Positions 1 through 13,806 of a stretch of DNA of 64,000 nt are shown here, piece after piece. Below the pieces are notes generated by a model. That model was given only the letters and a program-made list of their open reading frames with translations. It made no database searches and had not been told where the DNA came from. The stretch comes from Amoeboaphelidium protococcarum X5. Lineage: Eukaryota; Fungi; Aphelidiomycota. Each line of letters begins with the position of its first letter. Position 1 is the stretch's first letter. The translations under genes and the position numbers were made by a program. The DNA lies in the NCBI GenBank assembly GCA_023515725.1, contig JALDTO010000137.1:1-64000 (forward strand), written 5' to 3'.

Positions 1-209
1 TAGATGGGACTTGAATACTTTTTACCGCATCAAAGTTACAGCGACATTTTAATTGATGTCGATCTAAGCTGTAACTTGAGTGCCACAATGGCGTAGAGCT
101 CTTCACTTTAATGGTCTTTACCGCCGACACTTAAAAAAGATGATGATTGCTAGTATTATTGTATTTAAACTGTTAAATTTCACTTAAAACATGCAATTCA
201 AGTATATAA

Positions 210-1817
210 TCATTCTGATTCTGTCGTAACCAGCAATCCACTGCTCAGTTCTTGAAATTGTTGGACTATGTTTCCATCATCGGCAAACGCGCAATCTGCA
301 GCTACAACTTTTTACATTTGATCAATCCAGCCGGGGGAATTCAATAATCTTAAAGCAAATTCTGAGTCCAGTTCTTCATTCCCAGACAAATGCAACACTC
401 TCAGATGCTTCAACTATACAAAAGCATCTGCAAGATTCAATTCATGATTCTTAGAGAAGAGGCATGCGGACATGTCAAGCTCGGTTAACATGGGCCAATA
501 ATGCAAACTATCGATTAGAACAGAACTTACATCAAGAGCAGCTAAGCCAATATTGACATCTCCATACGCTTGCAGATTGTTATCCCCAATGTTCAAATAT
601 TGCAAATCCTTACACTCGCGAAGTCCTATCAATAAAATTTACAAGCGCTCTGCATCAAAGCAACAACCGCTTAAAGAGAGCCATCTTAAGTTTTTCAACT
701 TGATTGTTGCATTAGAGAATTGAGACAGATCGGCAAACCCAATTCGATTCAACGACAAATCCAATAACTCTAGCATGCACTTTGAGCCGGCCAGTGAGTC
801 GAGAAAGTATTAGAAACAATCATCATTTAGGCCACAGTCACTAGCCTTGATCTCCTTCAGGGACGAAGATATCATTGTCACCCCAATAAGAATTTCCATA
901 GCTGATTTTCCCAAAGCGTTCCGACTCAGCTCAATTGATCTTAGGTAGGGAAGCTTAGAGACAGCTAGCACCAACAACGACAATTAGCAAATATTGCTTG
1001 CCAGAGATTTGAAACAATCTGAAATATTCAATACTGCCAGGTTGACGCATTGTTTTAGAGCATCAACTATTTCCAAGCAGAACTCTATGGAGAGAGTATA
1101 CCCAGAAAGCACTACAATTTCAATATCGTTCTTGTGCTCAGTCAGAAAATCGCCGAACCGTTTACCATCGAAGATATCGGCAATGCGATAATCGTCTCCT
1201 CGATACACTGCCTCTTTGACCACTCCAATTTATTCTGGAGGTAGCAGCTTTAACTGCTGCAAACGCGTCGAGATCAAGGTCTGAATCAAATCTTCCATCT
1301 GAGTGTCTTGGTCTCGGATTGCCAACTCTCCAACTGATTTGGTAGGGGATGGAGTATCCGACTGAAATATACTGAGAGACGAGACTTTTCCTGTGAATGC
1401 AGTTGATGTCGCAGGCTTTACTACTAACAGGTTGCCCAATTGTAGACGTTGCAAAAATGGAACCACCTCCAGCTCATGCAGACAATATTTGTATATCGGC
1501 TTTTAAGTACATTACTTAAAATTCTCTCTGCGCTCATCGATATCAATTTTGACGGAATCCTTCACTTCTTGTTCAAGTGATACAACTGACTTTTGCTTTA
1601 CCCGCGAGTTTTCAATCTTCTTACGAATTTTCTTAGGACTCATGTTCAGAGGAGCCTTGGCCAGTTCAGCCGGATGGATAAACTCCATAGTGGAGACGAT
1701 TCCGTGCTTTTTGCAAAAGGCTCTAACTATATCATAACGTTGTTTAGCCTCAGGGCCAATGGATGATGCGGGGAGTTTACGAGGAGTAGATAGTTGTTTT
1801 TCAATATCGGATATCAT
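210..1817 (-). CDS. Leucine-rich repeat (RNI-like) protein, ~535 aa
   Basis: ORF-track fragments 1512-1904, 1230-1466, 984-1223 and 414-632 share one frame and are joined by TAA/TAG. ATG at 1817, TGA at 210-212. Repeats such as LRWLSLSGCCF, LQYLNIGDNNL, LTELDMSACLF, LRVLHLSGN. Confidence 0.8.
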
Positions 1818-2751
1818 GATTTTGTTGTAGTGCGATAGTTTATGGAAAAGAATTTTCACCACCAGTGACTTGATCACAAATCTGATTAAATCAGTATGAG
1901 TCAATTAAACGTGTCCTGTTGATATTCATACTATTTGCACCAGTCTGACATCATTATTGAAGTTGTCTATATTGCGGAAACTCTCCATCTAAGGTGCTGA
2001 CGCATACTGAGTGCCCGTCAGGGAGTAATAAAAGTGAAGAAGCCTGGCTGTAACAGGAGCAAAAAATGATCAAGTGGGACGCGTAAAAAGCTGTTCAGGT
2101 GCGATGGAAACATTGGACTTGCTGACTACTCAACATCAAATATTATGCTGTTGCCCGCTAGGGAAGTGGTCAATATCTTATCATATAGATGAGACCATGA
2201 GACTATCAGCCTTGTGATTCGGCTCCTTGTTTAAAATAAATTATTATTATTATTATTATTATATTGCGGAAAGAAAACCACATTTGAAATTTGAAGTTAA
2301 TTTCAAATGCAAACGTTACACACTAAGGAAGTATGTTATGAAATATATCGGCCGACAAATTGCCTTGATGACCATTACTGTTGTGCGATGCGAAGCAAAA
2401 GGAATTCGGGGTAACTGATCGGATATACCAAGTTTCTCATGTTATAACTAACCGTAAGTCACATGCTTAAGTTCATATGTGAGCAAGTTAGTTCAAAAGC
2501 ATACGCGTCTTTTATATTATGCCTCCGAGGAATCGTTTCATTCGGTTATAAGTCGCTCCTCTGAAAGATACTGATCAAGTAACACTGCTCGGTGACGCGT
2601 TGCATTGGACGGATATTCGAATACCTGTATCTGGTGTAAGTGGCGTTGATAATATTCATTCAACAATCCCATCTACAGGTTTAAGAAGATGCAATGCCGA
2701 TTGAGAATACAATCAAGCCAAGACAAGAAATTAAAGTTCAAAACGGTAAAT

Positions 2752-4495
2752 TCATTACAATTTGCCACTGGACGGCTCATAGTCTTCGGCATCTGCGAGC
2801 TGATCCATGGCATCTTGGTCATCATTCTCCTCTTCAAGGGTGAATACATTTCGCTGATCCTTCTGCGTGTTTGATTGATTACTGATGGGACTTTTTGCAG
2901 TGTCAGTTTCATCATCAGTGGACGATGCAATCTCATATATCAAATCACTACTTGCATTACCCGTTCTTTGATTCTGACGTTAGGTGACGCGGTCATTGAT
3001 GGGCGATATTGCCGCATCTTCCATCTCTAATGCCTCAGCCGCCTCGTTCGATTCTGGTAATTCTTCTAATCCATAGCGCGCATTATTAGACGTTGGTCTC
3101 CACAGAAAGGCTATGCTGCAGAATGTAAGAAAATACAGTAAATTCATCCAGCCTTCTTGGTAAAACCAGATGCTAGTCCAATTCTGGGCGAAGTATTATT
3201 CACTCATTGAACTGACGGTGCTCATGCTCACAAATATAAATATAATCACCAACACTGTAGATGCAATGAGAATCCACTATAACGTCTAATACATACTGAT
3301 CTTGTAACTTTATCGACGACTTCGAAGATGTTTCAGGGTATCATGCATTCCTTTATGGATCCAAGAGAGTACAGTGGTCATTGAAAAAGACAGTGGGAGT
3401 ATAACGAGTAAAGCAAGCAAAAAGTCTGCATCACTATCTCTTCGCAGCAGCTAATCTCCAGTATTGTATAACACGAAAGAGACAAACAATGCTACACCCA
3501 TAATGATACACTTGCGCATCTGAGATCCAAGTGTTGGCTTCACCACACCATATCCCAAAGATAGAATTAGTACACAAAAGAGAGACAGAGAGTTCCTTAT
3601 TGCATTCAGGAGTACAGTCATAAACAATAGTCCACGCGAATATCTACCCACTGCATTCCAATTGTCATAGAATCCAAAATAAAATGAATTATCAAGCATT
3701 AGTATGAACAAGACACCAGCGATCCAATTCTAGACTGGCAGAATGTCTTGCCAATAGTAAGCAGTCGATCCAAACCAAAAGATGCTAATTAACAGATACA
3801 AAAGAGATAGAGTACCATAGAACGGCCAGAGAGGATATTTTTCACCCACAAGCTTTCCATACGGCTACTACAGATAAACGTCGACATCCACATCATATTC
3901 AGGTTCCTAAATCACAGCATATGCAACACAATAGTATCCAATCTTATGAATAGGAAACACTGCCTTCTCCAAGTACACGCCATCAATAGAAGTCTTTTCA
4001 GAACTCGTTGAATTCAAACTCACCGACTTGGTCTATATTTACGCATACCGATTCTATCCACCCACTGGATAAAGAACATCAGTCTCCGGCTAGACTATAA
4101 ACTAATCAAGCTGCGCTTCGTCACAATACTTTTTAGTCACTCCATCCCGTGTGCAGATTGATGCCACTTTAGTCCCATTAGCAAATCCACCTAGGAACTT
4201 GTAATCCTGATACTCATAAACTACGAGCGCAACCTTGGAGCCATTAGAGCCAACCACATGAACGTCAAAGAAGGCGTCTTTGCCTCGAGGTATACTCTCC
4301 TTAGGCCAGAAAGGTTCACACGCAGATCTAAAGGCCATCTACATACATTTACACTCTATGTACAGAAGTTAGAATGTTGTTCATACATGAATCTGGAGAT
4401 AAAAATGTTACAGGCTCAACTTCTGCTTATACTTGCAATATCAGAAAGTTGACAACAATAAATTAAATAAAACATATGAGATATATCATCTTCAT
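2752..4495 (-). CDS. PTM1/GPR107/TMEM87 (lung seven-TM receptor family) Golgi membrane protein
   Basis: Signal peptide, lumenal domain and multiple TM helices with LILSLGYGVVKPTLG and an acidic C-tail. One short intron near 4340-4410 (boundaries ambiguous). Ends TAA-TGA at 2752. Confidence 0.8.
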
Positions 4496-4734
4496 TTTAT
4501 AATTATCCGTGTAAGCAATAATTTATACTGTTGTGTGAATGTTATAAAAGAAATAGAAGGGCGGAAAGTACTTAAATGAACGGATAACTGAAAGAACAAG
4601 TCCATGATCGATCGTAACAGACAGACAAAGGACTGAACTTTAAAGATAAAGCGCCGCATTCAATATGTATAGCTCAACATAAATACATCGCTTCTTTTAT
4701 ACAATATATATTTATTAAGCATTCCTATGTATTA

Positions 4735-5787
4735 TCATAACAATGCAGACTTTGAAACTTTAACGTTTATGCTTTAGTCAGAGTCATCAATAATGAAGAA
4801 ATCAGTCTCGGAGAACATTCTATCACTTGATTGACCGCCTTCACCTTGAATGATATCAGTCACCGAGTCAAGTCTCATTAAAGCTAGGCCTACGTTGTGG
4901 TAAGTCGCGATCAGCTTTCCCAATGGACGAGATTTAACACCATCTTACCGATCACTCACGCGCGCATATATATTCTTGTACTGAGTTATGCTAAAGTTTG
5001 CCTCCTTATCGAATGCAAATTCATTTTCACTACACCTAATGCTTTTATTGACATAGTAATGGACAATTGCAATTAAAACATACCTTAAAAGACTCATCTT
5101 TATTGGCATAATCCTCTTGCGGACAACACCGCGATGATGCGTCCTGATAACTAGTTCTTACCCAACATAGCATCCTTTGTGGTAGTCAATGGCATTCAAA
5201 AGATCAAGATTTGACTCCTGAGGTATCAGTTCACCAGGCGTAAATTCGCTATTTCCCTCAGGAATTCCCAGGTGAAATCGTAGTAACTAGTAATCAAACT
5301 CAGAATTGCCATTTGATCGTAATGAACGATCATCACTGCAGAGAGCGCGATAGCCTAACCTTACATGACGTGGATCTTTAACCAAACTTTAAAACTTTTG
5401 TTATTTCTAAATGTCTTCTGGACTATTACCAACAACCTGGACAACTTTCAGGTCAGAGACATCTTCAAACTAAACGCGAGATCGCAGCTTGTACCTTCTT
5501 AAATGCGCCTTCAACTAATCAGAGACACGATTGTCGCATTCAACCAATAGCTCATTATCACCACTGCCATGCGCATATACAAATGCATCAAACATCACTC
5601 TCCCGGTTGAGGATAGAAATGCAGAGTACAACAGTCGCTACTACTCAAGCTTGTTGACGTTTTAAGTTATCAGTCCTTGTAGATATGGTTTAGCATCAGG
5701 ACCACTTATCCTCAGAACGTGACGATCGGGTACTCTGGCAAAGCTAAACAGCCGCCTACTTGCTAAAACTTTAAGCATACTATGCAT
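4735..5787 (-). CDS. IBA57: Mitochondrial Fe-S assembly factor IBA57/CAF17 (YgfZ family)
   Basis: RHVLRISGPDAKPYLQGLIT and the family signature KGCYVG[TAA=Q]ELVIRTHHRGVVRKRIMP (TAA at 5158-5160). Probable 48-nt GT..AG intron at 5036-5083. Confidence 0.9.
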
Positions 5788-5960
5788 CAATGAAAAGACG
5801 AAAAATTGACAATATAGAAGTCACAAAAGGACCAAGATTGGGAAATAATAGCGGAGTGATCGTCCAGTGACGAAACGCGCGAATAATGATCAAAGCACCG
5901 ACAACGAAGAAACTCAGAAGCTATAATATGTGTAAAATATTTATATTATTACGAAAGTAA

Positions 5961-6353
5961 TCATTATGCGCGACTAGGTACGGCACCTTGTGGCTGAAGC
6001 ATCTGCTGAGCACCTTGCTACTGCAATTGATATTCCTACTCCATGGCCACGATAGCCTGCTCCTATTCCATGGCGATCATCAGAGGTACAACACTAATAA
6101 TGGCAGATGTGGTGACGATCCATGCGAACTTACTTGCAAATTTCAGAAATGTCCTCGATGCCGCCAGAGTCTTGGAGGCAGAAGACTAGATTTGCGCGCG
6201 CGTATGTGGTGGAATGATGTCCTGCAAAGCAATCAGGCGGTCAAACAGAGTCTCATTTGCAATATCGATATCCACAGAGAGATCAGATTCCGCGTAATTC
6301 GCTGTTTTACCTCCAGTAGAATCGGGCGATCCAACCAATTTAGCCTTGTTCAT
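5961..6353 (-). CDS. TOM22: Mitochondrial import receptor Tom22, 130 aa
   Basis: ETLFDRLIALQDIIPP, then AWIVTTSAIISVVPLMIAME (TM), then a Gln-rich tail. Several Gln residues are TAG/TAA. Confidence 0.88.
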
Positions 6354-6566
6354 TATGTATTGACTTTGATATTTTATTCCAAGCTGTTTGCTAAGGAGCG
6401 ACAAGCGAAATTTTATAATCACTAATAAAGAGAGAGAGGGGCGACGCTGATGATTCGCGAATGAAAATGGACAAAAAGTTAAAGAACCTTACTTACTTTA
6501 TCTTGTTTCATTAGCTTCATTCGTCACGGAGACTTAATGATACAATCTTAATCACACACATCAGCA

Positions 6567-7337
6567 TCAGTATCCAATGACTTCCTTGACAAAGACAACA
6601 GTCACACGATTAACAGGAGACATCGGATTAGGTCCACGGATGGCAACAAAATTGTTGATCTGAGATCCTGGAATCTTGTACGCAATACGCACACGTGCAG
6701 ACTCGACTGGCAAGCAGAATTCCTCGGTACGCTTGATAGCATCTTCATACGTTGGAACAATCTTGTGAGTACCGCAAACCAGAACCAGATGACCAGCTGC
6801 AAAGTTGAACGCACCAACCTTGGTACCAGTCAAATCAACAGCGGTAATGTCACCTTTCTAGCTGATGGCAGTGGCACTTCCAAAGACAAAGTCTGCGTTG
6901 TGACCAGCCTTGGTAGCCTTGGCCTACTCAGCTGGGTCAGAAGTAGCCCAGACAGCAGGATGCAAGTTGTTCCACTTGGTCTGAGTCTTCAAGTGCTCAA
7001 CAAAGCCAATCTCTTCCAGAGAGGTGGAGTGAACATTAAATACAGACTTTCCTTCTGGCACGTAGCTCTTGACAAACTCCAGCGCTTATTCCTTAGTATC
7101 ACACACCACAACTTTGTACTACACATTGATAATCACAGTCATCAATGATAAAATGTATGAATGAATAATATAAAAACAATAAGTACATACCTTCTTCTCC
7201 TCCAAAGCTTTAACAGTCTTGGATACAACATCTTCAGATGGCAACTTGGCCCACTTGTCAACCGGTAAAGACTTCAGTTGAGCATCAGTAGCAATCAATT
7301 GCTTCAAAGTTTCCTCAGGATGAGCAGTCACAGGCAT
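6567..7337 (-). CDS. LUD-domain (LutC/YkgG-like) protein of bacterial type
   Basis: STSLEEIG, ADFVFGSATAISQKGDITAVDLTGTKVGAFNFAAGHLVLVCGTHKIV and C-terminal RVTVVFVKEVIGY. 72-nt intron at 7119-7190 (GTATGT..TAG). Confidence 0.75.
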
Positions 7338-7610
7338 AGTGAATGATGGTGAATAATAAAAACTAAGAGATATAACAATGCAAATTTGGGAGTGAAGTAG
7401 AAAGGGAGTGAAGAAGGGCGTGAAACACAATGCAGCAAATGCTTATGCGGAAATGCTGAAGTAAGCAACGTAAGCAGATTGTCGTTGTTTGACAATGGCC
7501 CGAAACGGTCTCGGCTCTTTCCCTCAAAGTCACAGATACAGTATAATCAAAATACTATAAAACACGTCACCCATCAAGCATTGAAATAATAATAATTGAA
7601 TACGAATCTC

Positions 7611-7962
7611 ATGCCTGATACTGTAAACACGTTTGAAGTCACGTAAATTCACAAAAAGATGGTTCACCTGCAGAAAGTAGAATTAAAGTATAGTTGGGTG
7701 GATACTGTTATTCTGATTATGGTAAGATTTCGATATTGGCAATAACATACAAAACTTACTACTAAGGTAGGCGTCAATGGTACTTTGCTTCGAAATGCTA
7801 CTTCTGAAAAGTGCCTATGACTGGTATCCAGAAGATAAGTACATAACGGCCGTTCAAGCTGCTGCATAAATCTAAGTGGGATTGACTGTATTGTTTATGG
7901 TGCATGATTTCGTAAAGAACCACGTTTTCATAATCACTGATAATCAGCCACGTTCTCGTTGA
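7611..7962 (+). CDS. Small hypothetical membrane protein, ~100 aa, two exons
   Basis: ATG at 7611, intron 7722-7770 (GTAAGA..ACTAA..TAG), frame preserved to TGA at 7960-7962. Two hydrophobic stretches. No recognised homology. Confidence 0.4.
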
Positions 7963-8198
7963 ATAATGCCTGTACATAATCATGAACAATTGCAATGTTT
8001 TAAAAAAGCTGTATCTTTAGTGAACTTATGTTTTTATATTTTATGTCAAACAGCTGGCCAGATCGAATAATATGTGACAGCACTACGACTTGACCCCGTT
8101 AAAATCCTGTCGACAATCACCAGGAGATCATTATCTCTCCTCCCAGACAGCTAAAACGCGTCAAAATGACTATAATTGACGCTGCGAATTAAAATCAA

Positions 8199-8882
8199 AT
8201 GGATGAAGTGTTTGAAGAATCTGTAGTGTTATCTGGCAACAATGCTAAACCAAAAATGCATCCGCACAAACTGAAGCGCCAGTTATCAGTGCTGAATAGG
8301 CATAATGAGTAGGTAGAGTCGCGTCTTCATGAGCTTTCATCACTAAACAAGCATCTGAACGAAGAGAATGCCAGGACCAAGTATAAATATGCTGAATCTC
8401 AGGATAATTTGGATAATTTGTAAACTATGTACGATCAATTAGATTCTGACGCGTCTACCATGAGATAGCGAATATCTAGCCTTGAAGGTCAGATTAAATC
8501 AAATCAAGATGAGTACCATATTGTGGCTTCTTCAGCTGATAAATTACTGGAGTAGATTAAAGATTTGACTGACAAGATGTCAGAGTTAGAGTCTATAGTT
8601 TCTGATAAAGATTCCTCTATACATAGCCTGAATCGTGAACTATAGAATAAGGCTGAGGAAACGCGTCAAAAGGATCAGCAACTTAAAAAGCTCGAAGAAT
8701 CTCTTGATGGCTTAAAGTAAACTATAGAGGCAAAGGACTAAAGATTATTACAGTCTGAATCTGAAAATGCTAGGCTGTAGTAGGAGAACACGTTATTTAT
8801 CCGTTACATACGATCACTTTTGACGCGTATTATGGAGTCTGATGGAGAGGTTTAGAATATATTAAACGCCGTTTAGAAATGA
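8199..8882 (+). CDS. Hypothetical coiled-coil protein, 227 aa
   Basis: ATG-to-TGA frame with TAR=Gln and a heptad-like E/K/Q/L-rich sequence. Absent from the ORF track. Confidence 0.7.
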
Positions 8883-9122
8883 ATTAAGTGAAAGAATATT
8901 GTGAATTTATTTGTATTTGGTTATTCAGTATGATTGCTGATGGTTGATACGATTGTAGATTATCTTTTTTGAAGGGGATTATAAAATATAGAGCTTTGTT
9001 TTACTTTTATTCGAACGCGTTTCAACTGGAAGCGTTCTTCTCTTTCTCCCTTTGTAAAGTTCATCGTTTCAGCAGATACAACTTGACACTACTACTTTGA
9101 ACAGTACTGAGAATTTATAGAG

Positions 9123-12044
9123 ATGACTATAAACTAATAGCAGGTGCTAACTGGTAAAATCACGTCGCAGGTTCTGGCTCATGCATTTGGTTAGATCTCG
9201 CTTTGTTGCAATGGTTCAACTGTAATGTCCTGTTCTGACGACTCTTTTATCCATGTCTATTCTGGAGTAGGCGGAAACGTGAAGAGCAGTACTGATTTTC
9301 AACTGGATACTGAAAACAGACAGAGCATTGAACTGGACTCTTATGCTACCTGCATTGACTCGCATGGAGAGTTGTTGGCTTATGGGTGCGATGACTATCA
9401 GGTGTGTTTGGTGAAATTGAATGCCTTGTAAGACCCCAAGATTATTTTACGGAGCACTTTGCCTGTGAGGAGTGTCAGGTTTTCACCAGATGGTAAAATG
9501 CTGGCTGTAGCTTCCGATGACATGTCTCTTCTCCTGTACAAGATTGCAGATGATTCTGTGTAAAGATTGACCGGTCTCCAAAAGTCTGTGATCCACATGG
9601 CTTTCAATCCCCAGTCTTCAATGTTGGCGTGTGCAACATGCGATGGAACCGTGTCTATATTTAAAATTAACGATAACTCTGGGGATTTAGTTCACACCAC
9701 TGGTAAACTTTTCAAAGCTCTTGAACCCGAATCTGATGTCCTGAAAATTGACTGGAGTTCTGATGGTAAATATGTCGCTGTACCTGGTAGTAAGAGCGTT
9801 ACCTTGTTGGATGCAATGCTGAATTTCCGTGTGGTCAAAACTTTAAGTAATCACTTTCGCTCTGATGTGAATATTGCCAAGTTTTTCAATTTTAACTCAG
9901 ACTTGATTGCTTGTGGTGAAGATGGTGGAAGTGTTCGATTGATATCGATCAAGGATGATTCTGTTCTCAATAGCTTTGCAGGAGAAATGAAGATTTGCGA
10001 CGTTCTACTGATGCAAAATGGCTCTGATATGCTATTTGCAGACTCTATGGGGTAGATTTCATCTTGGGCTGGTGCTGTAGTTGGCCAAGACCGCTCTAAT
10101 GATGGTGTTGCTGTAGAGCAAAATAATTTCACTTCGAATGAACTCATTGAAAAGGTCCCATTAAAAGAAGTATCTGCATTAAACAAAGTTCAGAAGTCAG
10201 TATCAAAAAAGTAGGATGAGCCTATGCATGGTGGTGATATAAGTGACTTGGATAGTGATGCATTTGACGGACTAAGTGATGTGGACGATGTTTCTGTGCA
10301 CAGCAGTGTCTCTGAGAAGGTTAGGAGTAAACCGGTTCTCCAATTGAGCAGTTCAGTATAAAGTTTTCAGCCAGCATCAACTCCGTTTAAGGATGGTAAA
10401 CGCTTTATGGCTTTTAATATGGTTGGGACAATCGACTCTGTGCAGTCAGATGATTACCAGAGCATAACCATTCAATATCATGACTTAAGTCAGCGTCCAA
10501 TAAACTTCAAGGCCATCTATCCATTCACAATGGCTGCAATGAGTTAGAATGCTGCTCTGTTCGCAGCTAATAGGATAAGCGATGAAGAGTCGGGATGTGT
10601 TCTGTATTATAAACCATTTGAGAATTGGTCTTAGAATGCCGAGTGGACATTGTACCTGAGCGCTGAGGAGAAGATTGAATGTATTGGTATCGATTAGTAT
10701 ATTGTTATCGCTACTAATAAGTATTTGAGAATATTGACTCTGAGTGGGCTCGAGCGATTTATATTCTGCATTCCCGGTCAGGTGGTATCATTATCTGTTA
10801 AGAATGATGATTTGATGTTGGTTTACTTCAATGGCTCATACAAATGTCAGTTGAAAAACATATCGTACCAGGACTCATTAGTGGTCGATGTTCCTATAAA
10901 GCCTGCTTAAAGTATAATGTGGCTTGGATTTAGCTCTTCCCTGCGTCAACCTGGCATATACACCGACGATGGTCTTCTATTGGCTTATATTGCCAAGTTT
11001 AATCAATGGTGTCCGCTTTTGGATACATCAATCTATTCAAAGGACAAGACTGATTTTTATTGGCCTATTGCATTCGATGACAAGTGTCTCTCTGTGATTA
11101 TATGTAAGGCTGGTGATAAGTATCCACGTTTCCCTAAACCGATCGTAAGTGAGCTTGATCTTAAGTTGCCTTTAATGGCCTAGGATTCTAGTCAATTCGA
11201 GTAGAATTATCTGCTCAACTCGGTTGTGTTAGATGAATCTCCTGACTCTGATAACCACCTTTTGGTTGCTGATATGGACAAAAATTTGTTGTAGATGCTG
11301 CAAGTTGCAGCCAAGGCCAAGAAAGTGAACCGCTGTGTTGATTTATGCAAGCTGTTGAGTTTGGACAAGTCTTTGGAAATTGCGTACAAGTTGTGCCAAA
11401 AACTCAAGTTGGACAACGTGTGTCAGAAGGTGGAATAGTTGTTACAGCAGAGATAGATGCTCTAGATGGAAGTCGAGACAGCGCCTGTTTAGTTGGAGCC
11501 TACCATAAGGGATATGCCGTCAGCTGAGCAGTACGATGGCCAACAGCAATAGCAAGTCGTCGCCGAAGTACAACCTATGGTCCGACAAAAGCTGAAGCCG
11601 ACTTTTACGCCGAGAAAGTAGATTAATGAAGAGATATTCCTCTCTCCCGCAGTCATACCCAGTGATCAATTGATGGACAAGATTGCGCCTCCTAATCCAT
11701 TTAAGCGGAAGCAAGATTCTAGTCCTGTTGGTGGATAGCAAATGCACAGTGATAACATGTTCTCGAACGTGTTTGCACGAAAGTAAAAGCTCGAACAGAA
11801 GGTCAAGGGAGAAGTAGCCGCTGCTGGTGGTGGTAGTGGTACCACGGCGAATGGTAATAGTAATGACCAGACAATGAAGAAGCGAAAGATGGCCGAATAG
11901 AGAACGTTGAGTTTTGGCGTTGTATAAAAAATTCTACCTGCCGTGGATGATGTCAAGCCCCATGTCACTAATGAAAATGTCGCCTTTTCAGTGCCAAACT
12001 CTCAAGATTAAACAGTTAATGGTGTCGCTGATTCTCGTGAATGA
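9123..12044 (+). CDS. CTF4: Replisome hub Ctf4/Mcl1/AND-1 (WD40 plus SepB domain)
   Basis: N-terminal WD40 repeats, the signature FQPASTPFKDGKRFMAFNMVGTI, LRILTLSGLERFIFCIPG, and FYWPIAF..ICKAGDKYPRFPKP. Single frame to TGA at 12042-12044. Confidence 0.9.
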
Positions 12045-12084
12045 ATAGTGTGAAATTTATGTATTTATAATCTCATCAGTATCA

Positions 12085-12960
12085 TCATTATATCAACATT
12101 AATTATCTGCGAATCGTACCTAATAGCACACTTCTTCGACTTGTTTCATGCAATGAATTCGAGTCATTTTAGGTGTTCAGAGATTATATAAAATCAGCAT
12201 CAACATGTTTAATACCGTATAGATGATGTAGGAGATTTTCTCTTAGATTTTATAGCTAGGTGTCGATGTATTCAAGCGAGTCAGATATCAATAGTTGAGC
12301 CAACGTCTTATAGTCGACAATCGGATTCAATGGCAGGTTGTCAATTACTGAGTGTGCAAATTAGACCATCTATCTACGACTAGACTCTTTACTGGTATCG
12401 ACATCAATAGCTGGCTACCTCTCTTCATATATAAAGTCTATATAAACTTTCGATATCGATTTCAGTTACAATAACACCTCCATTAGTTCTCTGGATGGAT
12501 TAACAGAGTAAATGACATCATACGGGAAGGCGCCTTAATCTTTCAGCATTGCATCCAAAACTAAATCTTCAAGAGTTTGATATTTAATATGTACCCAGAG
12601 TTCATTGCTTGAATCTGTTGCTGAGGCAATATTACCATAATTATTATTCAATGAATTTATCAAAACATCAATGGAAACGTTACTGCTGGAGCCACTCTAA
12701 ATGTAGTCCACCTTGAGACAAGATCCACTGGCTAGACTCTCATAGCACGACAGATCTAAAATATTTTCAAAATCATTTGGCATTTGCAAAGGAGTTGGAG
12801 GTACGGTATATAGGTAAAGTTTATGCATAAGACTACTCCATAAAACTCCTCTCACTACGTAAATGATAGCGAGCGTCGTCACTGCCGTTTGCAACTTGAT
12901 CATCCAAGAATTGTAACTGTCATTGCATTTAGATGATACGACATTATACTTTCGAACCAT
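12085..12960 (-). CDS. Hypothetical protein with N-terminal hydrophobic anchor, 291 aa
   Basis: ORF 12697-12960 extends through TAG/TAA to TGA at 12085-12087, followed by further in-frame TGAs. Confidence 0.6.
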
Positions 12961-13292
12961 AACTTTTATAATAGTCTACTCTTTAATTGTACTAGGATAT
13001 CTAAGTTTTTTTTTAATTCATTAGGGGAAAAGAGTAAGATATCAAAAAGAACCCATTGCTGTTAGAAGGCTGAATGAATAATAATCAAACAATAGACAAA
13101 GGTGATCCGACAAGTGTCAAATTGAAACTTCGATCGCTCAATCGAAACTGCTCGAGAGAACGCTGAGAGTGATCAAGTGATTACAGAAAGTTTAGAGCGC
13201 GTTCGTCTGGCCTTCATCTCGTTCCTTAGTCCGCTCATACACATCACCAAGACTTTACCAAGTTTGTGAGAAATTCATCATTAATACAAATA

Positions 13293-13664
13293 ATGTCAGA
13301 TCTGGAGACTAAATTCAAGAAGGCTGCGTACTTGATTAGAAATGGTCCACCGAGAGCTGATACTTCTAATGAGGAGAAGTTGAAGTTTTACTCGTACTAC
13401 AAGCAGGCCACTGAAGGTACGTTCGTTCGTTCGTTATTACACGCTAAATGTATCTACTATTTGTATATTTTAATTAAAAGTGTAGGCGATGTGCAGGGAG
13501 CTTAGCCTTGGGCTGTCTAGCTGGAGGCGCGCGCCAAGTGGGATGCCTGGAATGAGTTGAAGGGAATGTCCAAGTAGGATGCCATGCAGAAGTATGTTGA
13601 TCTAGTGGCAAGCGGCGACGCGAACTGGGAACAACACGAGGTTTTGAAGAACTTTAGCGGTTGA
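13293..13664 (+). CDS. ACB1: Acyl-CoA-binding protein
   Basis: EEKLKFYSYYKQATEGD and ARAKWDAWNELKGMSK[Q]DAMQKYVDLV. 69-nt intron at 13417-13485. Confidence 0.93.
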
Positions 13665-13806
13665 TTCAGGCGCGTTAACAAATGGCGTTCCCTGTCATAT
13701 GTTATGACTGATTGCAGTGCGATCGCTTATGAACAAAAATACAATATTCAATTCTCAAATATAATCGAGTCTTAACTTTACACTTATATTTCATAAAAAT
13801 GATAGT

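Noticed and set aside
1-255. 3' end of a + strand gene in frame 1
   Set aside because: The frame is open to a TGA near 253 but shows no recognisable homology and would overlap the LRR gene end.
1905-2750. snRNA, snoRNA or small gene in this intergenic stretch
   Set aside because: The U2-like GATCAAGT words do not extend into a U2 match. Only a short (TAT)n run and short ORFs are present.
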